A stretch of DNA of 64,000 bases from Hemiscyllium ocellatum (lineage: Eukaryota), in assembly GCF_020745735.1 (NCBI RefSeq), contig NC_083417.1, forward strand, positions 15,748,001-15,812,000, in the 5' to 3' direction. How positions within the stretch are numbered: the stretch's first letter is position 1; every line of letters begins with the position of its first letter. Of the stretch, positions 12,303-22,922 are shown one piece after another. The translations under genes were made by a program, and so were the position numbers. The notes beneath the pieces are model-generated. The model worked only from the letters and a program-made list of their open reading frames with translations, searched no databases and was not told the origin of the DNA.

Positions 12303-12865
12303 ATGGCCTAGTTATATTATCGCTGGACTGTTAATCTAGAGACGAGAAAGTGAGGACTGCAGATGTGAGAGATCAGAGTTGAGAGTGTGGTGCTGGAAAA
12401 GCACAGCAGGTCAGGCAACATCCGAGGAGCAGGGGAATCGACATTTCGAGCATAAGTTCCTGATGAAGGGTTTATGCCTGAAATGTTGATTCTCCTGTTC
12501 CTCGGATGCTGCCTGACCTACTACGCTTGTCCAGCACCATACTCTCGACTATTAATCTAGAGACCCAGATAATGTTCTGGGGACCCGGTACAAATTTCAC
12601 CATGACAGACAATGGAATTTGAAATGAAAGGGACAAAAAGTCTGGAATTATGATTCAAATGATGACCAATAATCCGTTGTTGGGAAAAACCCATCTCGTT
12701 CCTTAACTGGTTTTGGGACCAGCCATCCTTGCCTGGTCTGGTCTTTGTGTGACTCCTGACTCACAGCAATGTGGTTGATGCAGAACTGCCCTCTGGGTAA
12801 TTAGGGACAGGCAATAAATGCTGGTCTAGCCACTGACACCCACATAGCATGAATGAATAAAAACA
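12303..12865 (+). mobile_element. tRNA-derived SINE with LINE-derived 3' tail (interrupted at 12344-12546)
   Basis: Decayed A/B boxes, body aaaaacccatct...cctggtctggtc...cagcaatgtggttga, tail ggcaataaatgctggtctagccactgacacccacatagcatgaatgaataaaaa matching the LINE 3' end at 27900-27975. Confidence 0.8.
12344..12546. mobile_element. Penelope pLTR-derived fold-back element (family 1)
   Basis: Inverted arms; ~18-bp TSD GACT(G/A)TTAATCTAGAGAC (12326-12343, 12547-12564); plus-strand cctgatgaagggtttatgcctgaaatgttga is a CpG-decayed hammerhead. Confidence 0.88.
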
Positions 12866-12979
12866 AATAGAAGATGAGCCGACTAGTGGTTAGAAGAGAT
12901 GTGTAATGAATGAAACTGAGAGAGGGGCAACTGTGACAATAGTGGAATGAAGAGGAGTGCTTTATTTTATTATTTACTC

Positions 12980-13548
12980 ATAGTAATTCATTACTCACTG
13001 GCTGGACAGTAATTATTGTCTGTCCCTAGTTGCCTTTGAGAAGGTAGTGGAGCTTTTTGAACCAGTGCAGTCCATGTGCTGTGCGTTGACCCACAATGTC
13101 GTTGGGGAGAGAATTCTAGGATTATGACCGAATGATAGTGAAGGAACAGCGATGTATTTCCAAGTCAGGATGGTGAGTGGCCTGGAGGGAACTTCTAGGC
13201 GGTGGTGTTCCCAAGTGTCTGCTGCCCTTGTCCTTCTAGATGGAAGTGGGTGTGAGTTTAGAAAGTGCTGTCTGAAGATCTTTGGTGAATTTCCGCAGTG
13301 CATCTTGTCGATGGTACACACTGCTGCTACTGCGTGTTGGTTGTGGAGGGAGTGGATGTTTGTGGATGTACTGCCAATCAAGCAGAGGCTGCCACGTCCT
13401 GGATGGTGTCCAACTTCGAGTGGTTGGGACTGCGCTCATTCTGGCAAGTGGAGAGTACTCTATTCTATCACGCTGCTGAGTTGTGCCTTGTAGATGGTGG
13501 ACAGGATTTGGAGAGTCAGCAAGTGAGTTACTCACCACAGAATTTCTA
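12980..13548 (-). mobile_element. LINE 3' end (family of 24575-27975)
   Basis: Reverse complement encodes IYKAQ..V.EYSPLARMSA.PTT; same 3' UTR as 27400-27975. Confidence 0.8.
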
Positions 13549-13970
13549 TCTATACTGGTGGGATATGGATGACTCAGCATTGCTGCTGGAGTTGTCCATG
13601 TTTTCCTTTCTGAGGGATAGGATTCTGTCCTCATAGAAGAATAAAGATTATGATGTCAGGCTCCCCTCCACCCTTTCTGCCCGGTTATTGGTTATTTGCC
13701 CTTGGAATGAGAGAAAGCAGGGGTTGGAGTGATGCGAAACGGGTGTTAGCACTGGCACAGGTGGTTGAAATGTAGTGAGGTGTCCTGGGTGAATGAGTCA
13801 ACAACTCAAATACCTTGAAGGGTTAGTGATGTGGGACACTGATGGATGTGACTGAGAGCAAGTGAGTAAAATATTGCAGGTAATAGTGAGGGTGGCAAAG
13901 CATGAGCCTTGGTGGGAGGTGGGTACAGTCACAGAGTGTGATGTGGCAGATGGAGGCGTGTAATATTTAG

Positions 13971-14170
13971 CCTGGAGGAGCAAAGATGCTCAATGACCAT
14001 CACATGGCACTGCTATCCAGTCCTCCAGACCATGGAGGGCACACTGACCCAGGTGGCAACATCTGACTAGGCTGCTTGGGCCCATTGGTGTGGGTACCCT
14101 CTGCTGGTCCTCCAGATAAAGGATGGCCCTCTTCCCTGACCACCAAGACTTCCAGGTCCCTGTTGGAGAC
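13971..14170 (-). pseudogene. Harbinger-type Myb/SANT-like DNA-binding domain (frameshifted, stops)
   Basis: Manual translation SNRDLEVLV..RAILYLEDQQR...AA*SDVATWVS...VWRTG*QCH..VIEHLCSSR resembles the F(S)D.DLEVL...W.EVA..VS....RT..QCRKR.NDL pattern of Harbinger ORF2/MSANTD domains. Confidence 0.6.
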
Positions 14171-14809
14171 TCATAGTTGCCACTTTCTCCTTGTTCAACA
14201 TCATTTAAATCATTTTTTTTTATCTGCCGCCAGACAGAATAGTCAGGGCACTTTGATACAGGTCTTTTAAATATGGCTCTGGTGTAAAGACTGCATCGTA
14301 TTATACTTTTAATTTTGGACTGAAGTAGGAAAAGGACCGGCTTAAAAGGAAAGTAGCAGGAAGGAATTACTCCACTTTTTAAAAAAGCATGTTACTGAAA
14401 TCATGTTTACACTGCTGCTTTGCTCAGGCTGCCTGCAGATGGACTGGCACCCGGAAGTGCACAAAGGAAGATTCGACTAGCAACAGGCTGCTGATTGGTT
14501 TGTGTCAGAGATGCTGGCAGTTGTCTGGTGAGTGGCATGTTGTTCCAGGAAGAGCGAGTGGTAGAATGGGGATAGATTCGGGTGAGAAGGAAACACCGTA
14601 AGGGTGGGTAAGTAGTTCATGAAACATTTTTCGTCAGATAAGGCAAGATATCTTGCTAAGCATCATGGAGAAAAACCCAACCAACACTTAAAGAAATAAA
14701 CATAAGATTCAGCCCCATGAGTCTGAGCTCAAGATATTTCTGCGGAATAATGACAGTAAATGCTCAGTTTCACCATCATCACAAAGTCTAAGCCATTACA
14801 ATTTGCAGT

Positions 14810-15100
14810 AGAAAGACTTGCATTCATATCGCAGTTTTCATAATTATAGGACACAAACTTACAGAAAATGAAATATTTTGTAAGTGTCATCACTCTTTTA
14901 ATGTAAGGGACAGGTAATCTGTTTTTATGATGTTAAGTGTATCGTCCAAGACAGCTCCCCTCGGAATTAATGCCACACATCCTCCTGAGAGGCCAGACTG
15001 GATTTTCGGTTAATACCGCTTCTGAAAAACAGTACCCCATCCAGTGTGATGTCAACCTTGAGTTTTATATCCAAGACCTGAAGTGGGAATCTTATGCCTC
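14810..15100 (-). mobile_element. Degenerate Deu-domain (SacSINE1-like) SINE
   Basis: aaagacttgcattcatatcgcag tail and ...tcaaccttgagttttatatccaag...gtgggaatctt head, similar to 17020-17320. Confidence 0.5.
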
Positions 15101-15320
15101 AGAGGTCTGCTTGGGTCGAAGCTGCTTCAGTACTTACATGAGTAAAAAAAAATTACAGGCAGCTCTCACAGTGATTGAGATAGAGAGAGAGGATGGTTGC
15201 AGCATGAGCATGTTACTTAACATACATCAATAAATTATTATGCATGTCTGCAGGACCAACAGGTAAAGGTTATATCCTCACAGGTGCTGTGTGAAAAAGG
15301 CAGGGCTGTTATAGCATAAT

Positions 15321-15605
15321 GGGAGGCACAGTGGTTCAGTGGTTAGCACTGCTGCCTCACAACACCAGGGACCCGGGTTTGATTCCTGCCTGTGTGAAGT
15401 TTGCACTTTCTCCCCGTGTCTGTGTGGTTTCCTCCCACAATCCAAAGGTCAGGTGAATTAACCATGCTAAAATTCCCCATAGTGTTAGGTGCATTAGTCA
15501 GGGGTAAATGTAGGAGAATAGCTCCGGGTGGGTTACTCTTCGGAGGGTTAGTGTGGACTTGTTGGCCATATGGCCTATTTCCACACTGTAGGGAAACTAA
15601 TCTAA
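15321..15605 (+). mobile_element. HE1-type V-SINE
   Basis: tRNA head gtggttcagtggttagcactgctgcctcac...gggtttgattcc; V-domain tttgcactttctccccgtgtctgtgtgg; CR1-like tail. Confidence 0.88.
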
Positions 15606-15825
15606 ATGTCACCAATGCAACCAGTGTTAGGATATATTACAAGGTGGATCAAATAAGAAATATTGGAATATTGGGATATTTTGTTCAAATCTCATTCCCT
15701 TTAGCTAGATGATGATATTGAAGTCCTAGCAGGGATCGGACAAGCATTATACAAGAACTGGTGGTCTGAATAAAAAAGCAAATGATGGAAGTGCTACTCA
15801 GCAGGTGCGGCAGCACATTAGAAAT

Positions 15826-15956
15826 TCCTGATGAAGGGCTTTTGCCCAAAACATCAATTTCCCTGCTCCTCAGATGCTGCCTGACCTGCTGTGCTTTTCC
15901 AGCACCACTCTAATCTTGACTCTAATCTCTAGCATCTGCAGTACCCACTTCCGCCT
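15826..15956 (+). mobile_element. Penelope pLTR-derived short element (family 1), single arm starting at a decayed hammerhead
   Basis: tcctgatgaagggcttttgcccaaaacatcaa...; 14-bp TSD AGCA(CA/TG)TTAGAAAT (15812-15825, 15957-15970). Confidence 0.85.
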
Positions 15957-16249
15957 AGCATGTTAGAAATGTCAATCCCTGAGTCCATCCAATTCTCCTT
16001 AGAATTTAAAAACCAACAGATTTACATGATATTTAATTGAGGTTGTTCAAATGATAAAAGCTTTGGGTTTGGTTAATGTGGATAGACGTGCTTGAATATA
16101 ATAGGGAGGATCAGTGAATATGACCTGAAGTTACATAACCATAAAACTTTGTTCGATGTCAGGTGGTAACTCTCCTCACGTGGCCTTGGCTTCTTGTGGA
16201 ATGACACGTTTTGTGGGGTCAGCTGTGGATTCATACTGCAAGGAATCGT

Positions 16250-16480
16250 AAGCAGCAGCAATTCTTCGCTAATGAGTATGATCATCCACCCAACAAATTC
16301 AATGTCACTGGTTATGAATTCTGTGGATCCTTGTGTTGCTGATGAGTCCAATCCTAGAGTCGCAGCTTACAGTACACATCCACAGGTGTTGGCAGAGTGA
16401 CAGCATTTGGAAAGTAACTGAATGAGCCTCTGAACTCCACCAACACAACCACATGCTGAATGTGAGTGAGTATTGAGGAA
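16250..16480 (-). mobile_element. RTE-clade LINE 3' end remnant
   Basis: Minus strand encodes TCG...CDSRIGLISNTRIH, resembling the RTE C-terminal C..C..SRIGL.SH.R.H finger. Confidence 0.55.
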
Positions 16481-16699
16481 TGTACCTCCACAGGCAATGT
16501 CTCAGTGCTTTCAGGGGTCAGAGAGAAATTTCCCAGGGTCTTTCTTTCCCTCCTGAGTTGACCTTTATTTTTACTTCCCTTTGAGTTTTCCAGGAGGATG
16601 CATTCCTAGTTGATGGGATCAGATTGCGTGTGAAGTTGCACCCTGGCAATACGAGATGAGCAAAATGATTTCACTGGGCTTTTTGCATCGTCCATGGGT

Positions 16700-16892
16700 T
16701 ATTGGTTAGCTCAGTTGGTTGGATGGCTGGTTTGCAATCCAGAGCAATGACAACAGCAGGAGATCAATTCGTATGCCATGGAGGTCCTGCCTCCTCAACT
16801 TTGCCCCTCACCTGACATGTGATGACCCTCAGGTTAAACTCTGCACCAGCTGTTTCTCTCTAAACAACTCTGGGACAATGGCTACCCGACCT
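16700..16892 (+). mobile_element. tRNA-derived SINE (same family as 55820-56970)
   Basis: ttagctcagttgg A box, atcaattc B-box remnant, gaccctcaggttaaac body. Confidence 0.6.
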
Positions 16893-17019
16893 TGAAATGT
16901 TTGTGAAAATGCTAAAGATGTCTTGGGGTGTGATGTTCTAGATGCATTGCAGAGTCCAAATAAGTGTGAAAGCACTTACTTACACCACATTTACAAAGAA
17001 AGGAAACAGAATTGTAGTC

Positions 17020-17320
17020 ACTATTGTAATGGAGGAAACACAGCAGTCTGCATGAAGCTAGCTCCCATAAACAGCATCGAGACAATGGCCTGCTAGGTCT
17101 GTGTTATTGATACATTTAAAGCATAAATATTGGCCAGGATACCCTGATCTTCTTCAAAATAATTCCAAATATATTTAAATTTACCCAGAAGGCTAGACAG
17201 AACATAGGATTAATGTTTCATCTGAAAGATGGCACACCCAACAGTGCAGCCCCCTTTTGGTATTACACTGACATGTCGGCCTGGATTATGTGCTCAGATC
17301 TTTTGAGCCAGAGTTGGTAG
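17020..17320 (-). mobile_element. Deu-domain SINE (SacSINE1-like)
   Basis: ataaatattggccagga...tcttcttcaaaataa...tcatctgaaagatggcac...acagtgcagc. Confidence 0.65.
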
Positions 17321-17694
17321 AGCTTCTAAATGAGCCATAACAGATACCTTATTAGCAACATATGTCCAACGCAGACACAGCAGTGGAGCAGATGAGGGTC
17401 CAAGGAAATTCTAGACAAAAGACTCCTTTAGTTTTGACTAGTTAGACATAAAGAAAATTTGGTGTGGATCTCTACAGAGAAGACAGATTTTCAGAATTCT
17501 GGAGGTAATTATGAACTAATGCCAGGGTTGGAGGGTTTGAGCTCTTAGAAGAGGTTAAATAGACTGGGGCTGTTTTCCCTGGAGTGTCAGAGGCTGAGGG
17601 GTACCTTACAGAGGTATATAAAATCATGAGGGGCATGAATAGGTCTTTTCCCCAGGGTGAAGGAGTCCAAAACTAGAAGGCATAGGTTTAAGGT

Positions 17695-17919
17695 CATGAT
17701 TTGGAGATGCTGGTGTTGGACTGGGGTGTACAAAGTTAAAAATCACACAACACCAGCTTCTAGTCCAACAGGTTTAATTGGAAGCACTAGCTTTCGAAGC
17801 ACCACTCCTTCATCAGGTGATTGATGAAGGAGCTCCTAATGAAGGAGTGGTGCTCCGAAAGCTAGTGCTTCCAATTAAACCTGTTGGACTAGAAGCTGGT
17901 GCTGTGTAATTTTTAATTT
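17695..17919. mobile_element. Fold-back hammerhead element (family 3, AGCU type)
   Basis: Inverted arms aaaaatcacacaacaccagcttctagtccaacaggtttaattggaagcactagctttc / gaaagctagtgcttccaattaaacctgttggactagaagctggtgctgtgtaattttt; perfect 12-bp TSD TAGGTTTAAGGT (17683-17694, 17920-17931). Confidence 0.88.
17785..17819 (-). ncRNA. Minimal type-I hammerhead ribozyme motif (AGCU variant)
   Basis: Minus strand cac-CTGATGA-A-GGAGT-GGT-GCTTC-GAAAG-CTA-gtg. Confidence 0.65.
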
Positions 17920-18054
17920 TAGGTTTAAGGTGAGAGGGAAAATATTTAAATGGGACCTAAGGGGCAAACTTTTCACAAAGAGGGTGGTGTGTGTATGGAA
18001 TGAGCTGCCAGAGGAAGTGGTGGAAGCTGGTACAATTACAACATTTAAAAAGTG

Positions 18055-18228
18055 GGAGAAAGTGAGGACTGCAGATGCTGGAGATCAGAGTCACGAGTGT
18101 GGTGCTGGAAAAGCACAGCAGGTCAGGCAGCATCCGAGGAGCAGGAGAGTCGACATTTCGGGCATAAGCCCTTCATCAGGGACTCCTGCTCCTTGGATGC
18201 TGCCTGACTGGCTGTGCTTTTCCAGCAC
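18055..18228. mobile_element. Penelope pLTR-derived fold-back element (family 1)
   Basis: Perfect 16-bp TSD CAACATTTAAAAAGTG (18039-18054, 18229-18244); minus-strand hammerhead gagtcc-CTGATGA-AGGGCTTATGCCC-GAAATGTC-gactc at 18147-18185. Confidence 0.9.
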
Positions 18229-19039
18229 CAACATTTAAAAAGTGTCTGATGGGTATATGAATAGGAAGGGTTTAGAGGCATATGGGTCAAATGCTGACAA
18301 ATGGAACTAGATTCATTTGGGATATGTAGTCGGCATGGACGAGTTGGACTGAAGAGTTTGTTTCCAATCTGAGTTTGTTTCCAATCTGTACATTGTATAG
18401 GACCAGCCCTTCTTCAACAAATAGGGAGCCCATATCGATGCAAAACAATTGGGAAGGTTACTGGTTTACAGCAATGATGACTCTCTCCCCTTCCTGCGCA
18501 GTGTTTTCTCTGGCTGCCGTGATGATTCATTTGTCCCATTATTCTTCTGTAAATTAGATTACACAATGATGGGGTGGAGGTGCAGATTGTGATCAAGAGG
18601 TCATACATTTAACCCCACTGAATTTGTACAATATAAAGTAACTTGAGAAATTTGCTTTGGCATAGACAGTTCTCATGGCTTCATGCTTGCCTCAGCTACC
18701 CTGTTTTTGGTTAGTGATTGGTTAAATTCTGAATTCATCTACTGCACTATAGTATACTCATAGTTACACTGCAGAATGTCATTAGCACCCACACACAGCA
18801 ATTTGAAAGATAATTTATTTTGTTTCCCCTAATTGCCAGCTTACAAAGTCTTCAGTTCACCTTTAAAAGGTATAAATTATTCTTCTCTTGCATTGACAGC
18901 TGTTGGGATTAATTGATTCACACTGTTTATTGGAATTTGTTTTTGAACACAGGATATGTAAGCATTGTCTCGAACATTGGTTTTCAGTACTTAAGGAAAA
19001 GCAGTTACGTTTACTTACTCTTTTCCAGCAATCGTCACA

Positions 19040-19360
19040 AACTGGGTGGTTTTCACAATCTCAGGAACATTCCAAAGCACTTTATTGCCAGGAAAATGAT
19101 AACCAATTTGTACAGAGCAAGCTCCCAAATAGGGCTATGTCATAATAATCAGGTAATCTTTGAGTGATGTTGGCTGATAGGTTAATATTGAGCTGGCCAC
19201 CAGTCTGATCTACATGCTTAATTAATGCCACAACAAGGCAAATAGTTTAATGTTTGTTGAAAATCCATCATTCCCTCTGTAGGATTTTTCCTCAATATGC
19301 TAGCCTAAACGATATGCTCCTGTCTCAAAATGTCACTTGAACCCTACAACCTTATAACTC
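19040..19360 (-). mobile_element. Degenerate Deu-domain SINE
   Basis: caatctcaggaacattccaaagcacttta...gcaagctccc...taatattg...cttgaaccctacaacctt. Confidence 0.5.
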
Positions 19361-21049
19361 ACCATTACATTTTTTTGTTTCATTGAAAATCAGTAGATTT
19401 TGCCCATCCCTTATCCCAATTGACTTGCCATTTCAGTGGGTAGGATTCACATGTTAGTCAGATGGTAGGTTTCTTCCCGAAAGAGAATTTGTTATCCATT
19501 TCAGTTTTTAACAATAGTTGCATGCTCACCATTAGAATATATGATTGCCTTAATGTTACTGAATTCAAATTTTGCCAGTTACTATGGTAACCTATGTCCC
19601 CAAACATTAGTCAAGGATCTCTGGAAAACTAGGGATTATCACTTGGCCACAGCATCCTCATTGTAGCTGTTGGTGAGACATTGACATGTGCTAGTTGTTT
19701 ATGTGATATATATGCTTTATTATGATTCTACGTTTAGCCACCCAACCACATACAATAACATCATGAGTTAGTTCTATCACTTAAGACAGCAAATTACAAA
19801 AAAGGAAGGTTGCCAAGAGTTATAGGTATTGTCTAGCTCTATGAATTCGATGTTGATTAATTTGAACAATTGCTGTTTTAGTTTTGCAATTTTTCTTTAT
19901 GTTGTCATTTTAGTTCCATCAGTCAATTTGCGGTACTGCATAATTTAAGACCAGATTGTAGCCAGCAGGAGCATGAATTATCAAGAGCAGACAATTTGTC
20001 TAATTCCAGTATCTAAATGGCATTGGAGATTCAACAATAGAGTACATGAAATGATTGCAACTAGGTGACTGAATGTTGTTCAGCCTGCAGAGTGACACCA
20101 TTCTGTTGCCATGGAATGGAACACTATTGGGAGTTGCAGTAAAAACAACAACCTCTATTTAAAGAACCCGCCTCACTTAGGATTGCTTAATTGGATAGAA
20201 ATAGGCACCAAATAGCAAGGGAGGGCATTTAGTTGGAGATGGAAAAACCAACGGGCAAGTCAAAAAGGCTGATTATTCACAGTCTTGTGAAGGCAAGAAG
20301 CGAGGACAAATGCTTTATGTGAAGAATTCTAGAGGGTAGGGTGGTGATAGTCACAAGATCAGCTTTCAGTGATCACTAGTGAATACAGGGAGCAAACAGA
20401 TGATCACATGCTTAATAAAAAATCCTCAAATAAGAGGGCATAGTGCCAGGAAATGGTGTAAAGATAAAGATTCTGAAACTGGCTTTTTTTGGAGAGCTGC
20501 AGAGTCTGTGAAACTGAACGAGGGAAAGGTTAATGATTTCTGAGATTTGTTGGACACGAGCTGAAAAGGACAACATTTAAACAAGCTGATCCTTGAGCAG
20601 ATCTGGTTGTGCATCAGGGTGCTTTAACCAGTAGTGGGAGAGGTAGGTGATATTCTGGAGATGGATGAAGGTGATCCCTGACAAATTTGGGCTTGAAAGC
20701 CGAGTTCCAAATCAGACAAAGCTTTCCCTTCAGTGGTTGAGTAAGTCAGAGCCAGAGGCACTTGGCTGTTGGTTTGTTTTTCCCAGTATTGAGTTCAACT
20801 CACCAGGGGCTTGACGTCAGGGGAAAAAGTGCTGTATTGTTAGAGAACTCTGATTGGTTAATTGCGTTGTGCACTTCTGCGTAAGAAATTTGACTAATGA
20901 TTGTCTTCAAGAAGGCATGTGCGTGCTGTATTAAAATCAACTGATTGTTTATTTTTTGAGGGGCTGGGTTTCATTATGAGCTACCTTCACCTCTGACAAG
21001 CTACTGTTGTAGTTGAGGAGACTTTGAACAAGCAGCTTGTCCCAGTGGT

Positions 21050-21175
21050 AGGGTCTGCAGATGCTGGAGAGTCAGATTTGATAAAGCGTGGTACATGAAA
21101 AAGCACAGCAGGTCAGGCAGCATCTGAGGAGCAAGAGAGTCAACATTTCGGACATAACCCTTCTTCAGGACTGAA
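21050..21175 (-). mobile_element. Penelope pLTR-derived short element with decayed hammerhead
   Basis: ctgcagatgctggagagtcaga...aaagcacagcaggtcaggcagcatc...gtcaacatttcggacataacccttcttcaggact; no clear TSD. Confidence 0.75.
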
Positions 21176-21559
21176 CTTTGACTGTGAATAAGCTTATTCC
21201 CATCTTTGCTGATCGAGATCTCTTCCATTCTGCACCATAGATATGAAGTTGGGAATTGGGTACTCATATGCAAAGGAAGCATTTGGAAAGTCATGGAGAT
21301 AATGAAGGGAAGTGAGACAAATGGGATAGTACTTTCAAAGAGCCAGCAGGCGACAGTAGGCCAAATATTTTCCTGGGTAGGTAATCTGCCCCTGCTCTAC
21401 TGAATTAAAGTTGGATTTTAATTGAAACTAATAATTATTTAATACCAGAATATACATAATTCAGGCACAAAATCTAAAATTAGTCCATTCATAACTGAGG
21501 GAACATTGTACTATTTTTTTTGTGAGATCTTAAACCATCATCCATTCAGGTAAATGCAT

Positions 21560-22145
21560 TGATTGATTGATTGATTTAGTGCTGTCATATGTAATGAGCT
21601 ACAATGAAAGTTGTTGTTTTGTGTGCTATACAGGCAGTTTGTATTATACAAAGTGCATCAGGACAGATTGCAGAATAGGGTGTTACAGCTGCAGAATAGA
21701 ATGTTATAGCTGCAGAATACAGTGTTATAGCTGCAGAATAGAATGTTATAGCTGCAGAATACAGTGTTATAGCTGCAGAATAGAATGTTATAGCTGCAGA
21801 ATAGAGTGTTATAGCTGCAGAGAAGGTGCAGGGAGACAGATCAGAATTAACATTTGAGAAATCTGTTCAAAAGTCTGATGACAGCGGGAAGAAGCTGGTC
21901 TTAAATCTGTTTGTATGTGTATTCAAACTTTTATATCTTCTGCTTGATGGAAGAGGGTGGAAGAGAATATGACCAAGGTGGGAGGGGTCTTTGATTATGT
22001 TGGTTGTTTTCCTGGGTCAACAGGAAGTTTGAGGGGGTTAATAGATGGTGTGCGTGATGGACTGGGCTGGGTTCATGACTCTCTCTGTAGTTTCTTGAGA
22101 TTTGGAAAGAGCAATTGCCAAACCACACTGTGATGCACCTAGATG
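21560..22145 (-). mobile_element. Rex1/Babar-type LINE 3' end
   Basis: Minus strand CITVWFGNCS...YRE...HHAHH; aacagatttaagaccagcttcttccc motif; (TCAA)n tail at ~21557-21575. Confidence 0.7.
21669..21820 (+). repeat. 21-bp minisatellite (tgttatagctgcagaatagaa), ~7 copies
   Basis: Direct reading; explains the CRIECYS repeat in ORF 21567-21857. Confidence 0.95.
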
Positions 22146-22399
22146 TAAAAGAAAACTTATAACACTGTTTCAAAGATGAACAAGGGAGTTTATCCTGGAG
22201 AGCTGACCAATGTTTATCCCTCAAACAGCATTAATGTTGCGCCCGATGTCCCCAGCAGATACCACTCACCGTCCTGAATTGGAAATATATCACTGTTCCT
22301 TCAGTGTCACTGGATCAAATGCTGGAAACCCCTCCCTAGTGGAATTGTGGATATAGATACAGCGCATGGCATGGAAGTTAAGTGCTCTGGTATCCTCAG

Positions 22400-22922
22400 A
22401 AGCCACTGACAGTGTTGTCCACTCCCTGTTTCAAGGCCTGAGCAATAGCTTTAATTCACATATAGAGCCACAACAGTGGTGAAGACTCCTCAAACTGAGC
22501 TCCTTCATAATGTTGAACCAGGGTGAAGACCCCTCTACAGATACAGTCTCCTAAACATACTTTCCATGCCCACTACCTCCAATTTATCCAGATGTCCCTG
22601 CCCTCTAGTTGTCTTACTGGGTACTTTCCTTCATCCTCCAGCCTAAAACTTTGAACTTATTATTTTATTTTTCTACTTTATATTAAGAAGGACTTTAATG
22701 TTAGCTATTACCTTATTTCTTTATTTTTCTACTTATCCTGATGATCTGTAATGCTTAACTTTTTAACTTTGTTTCTCTCTTTTACTACTTGTTACCTAAG
22801 CTTTTTTTGTACCTTGGTACCTTTATACCTAAGATGGCATCATGTGTGGTGACTTACAAATTTTTCACTGCACTTCTGTACTTGAGTACATGTGACAATA
22901 AACTCTAAGTCTAAGTCTAAAT
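22400..22922 (+). mobile_element. Non-autonomous element with Rex1-like 3' tail
   Basis: Ends tttcactgcacttctgtacttgagtacatgtgacaataaactctaagtctaagtctaa; architecture similar to 50815-51410; 5' limit uncertain. Confidence 0.45.

Larger units (their letters stand above)
10940..14715. mobile_element. Decayed PIF/Harbinger DNA transposon remnant (left end not located)
   Basis: Myb/SANT-like exon on the minus strand at 13971-14170; weak transposase C-terminal similarity on plus at ~10950-11075 (KWL..., KMH..PPQRVNNI...CVL); terminal-like AAGATTCAGCCC at 14704-14715. Confidence 0.5.
17517..18387 (+). mobile_element. CR1 3' end carrying two nested hammerhead elements
   Basis: tgccagggttggagggtttgagct...FTKRVVCVWNELPEEVVEAGTITTFK...3' UTR. 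Confidence 0.88.

Noticed and set aside
9726-13554. LTR retrotransposon with two LTRs
   Set aside because: The direct repeats are made of SINE/LINE pieces and lack TG..CA, PBS and PPT; no gag/pol inside.
15321-15400. Genuine tRNA gene (also 16700, 47445)
   Set aside because: A/B boxes run into SINE bodies; no complete cloverleaf.
16339-16365. CTGATGAGTCC resembling a canonical hammerhead start
   Set aside because: No GGAC-GAAA partner follows; it is the antisense of RTE LINE codons (RIGLIS).
18474-18625. ATGATGA and GTGATGA as C/C' boxes of a C/D snoRNA
   Set aside because: No suitably placed D'/D boxes or terminal stem.
21567-21857. Cys-rich repeat protein ORF (CRIECYS)n
   Set aside because: Translation of a 21-bp minisatellite on the antisense strand of a LINE UTR; no unique spacers, so not CRISPR-like either.
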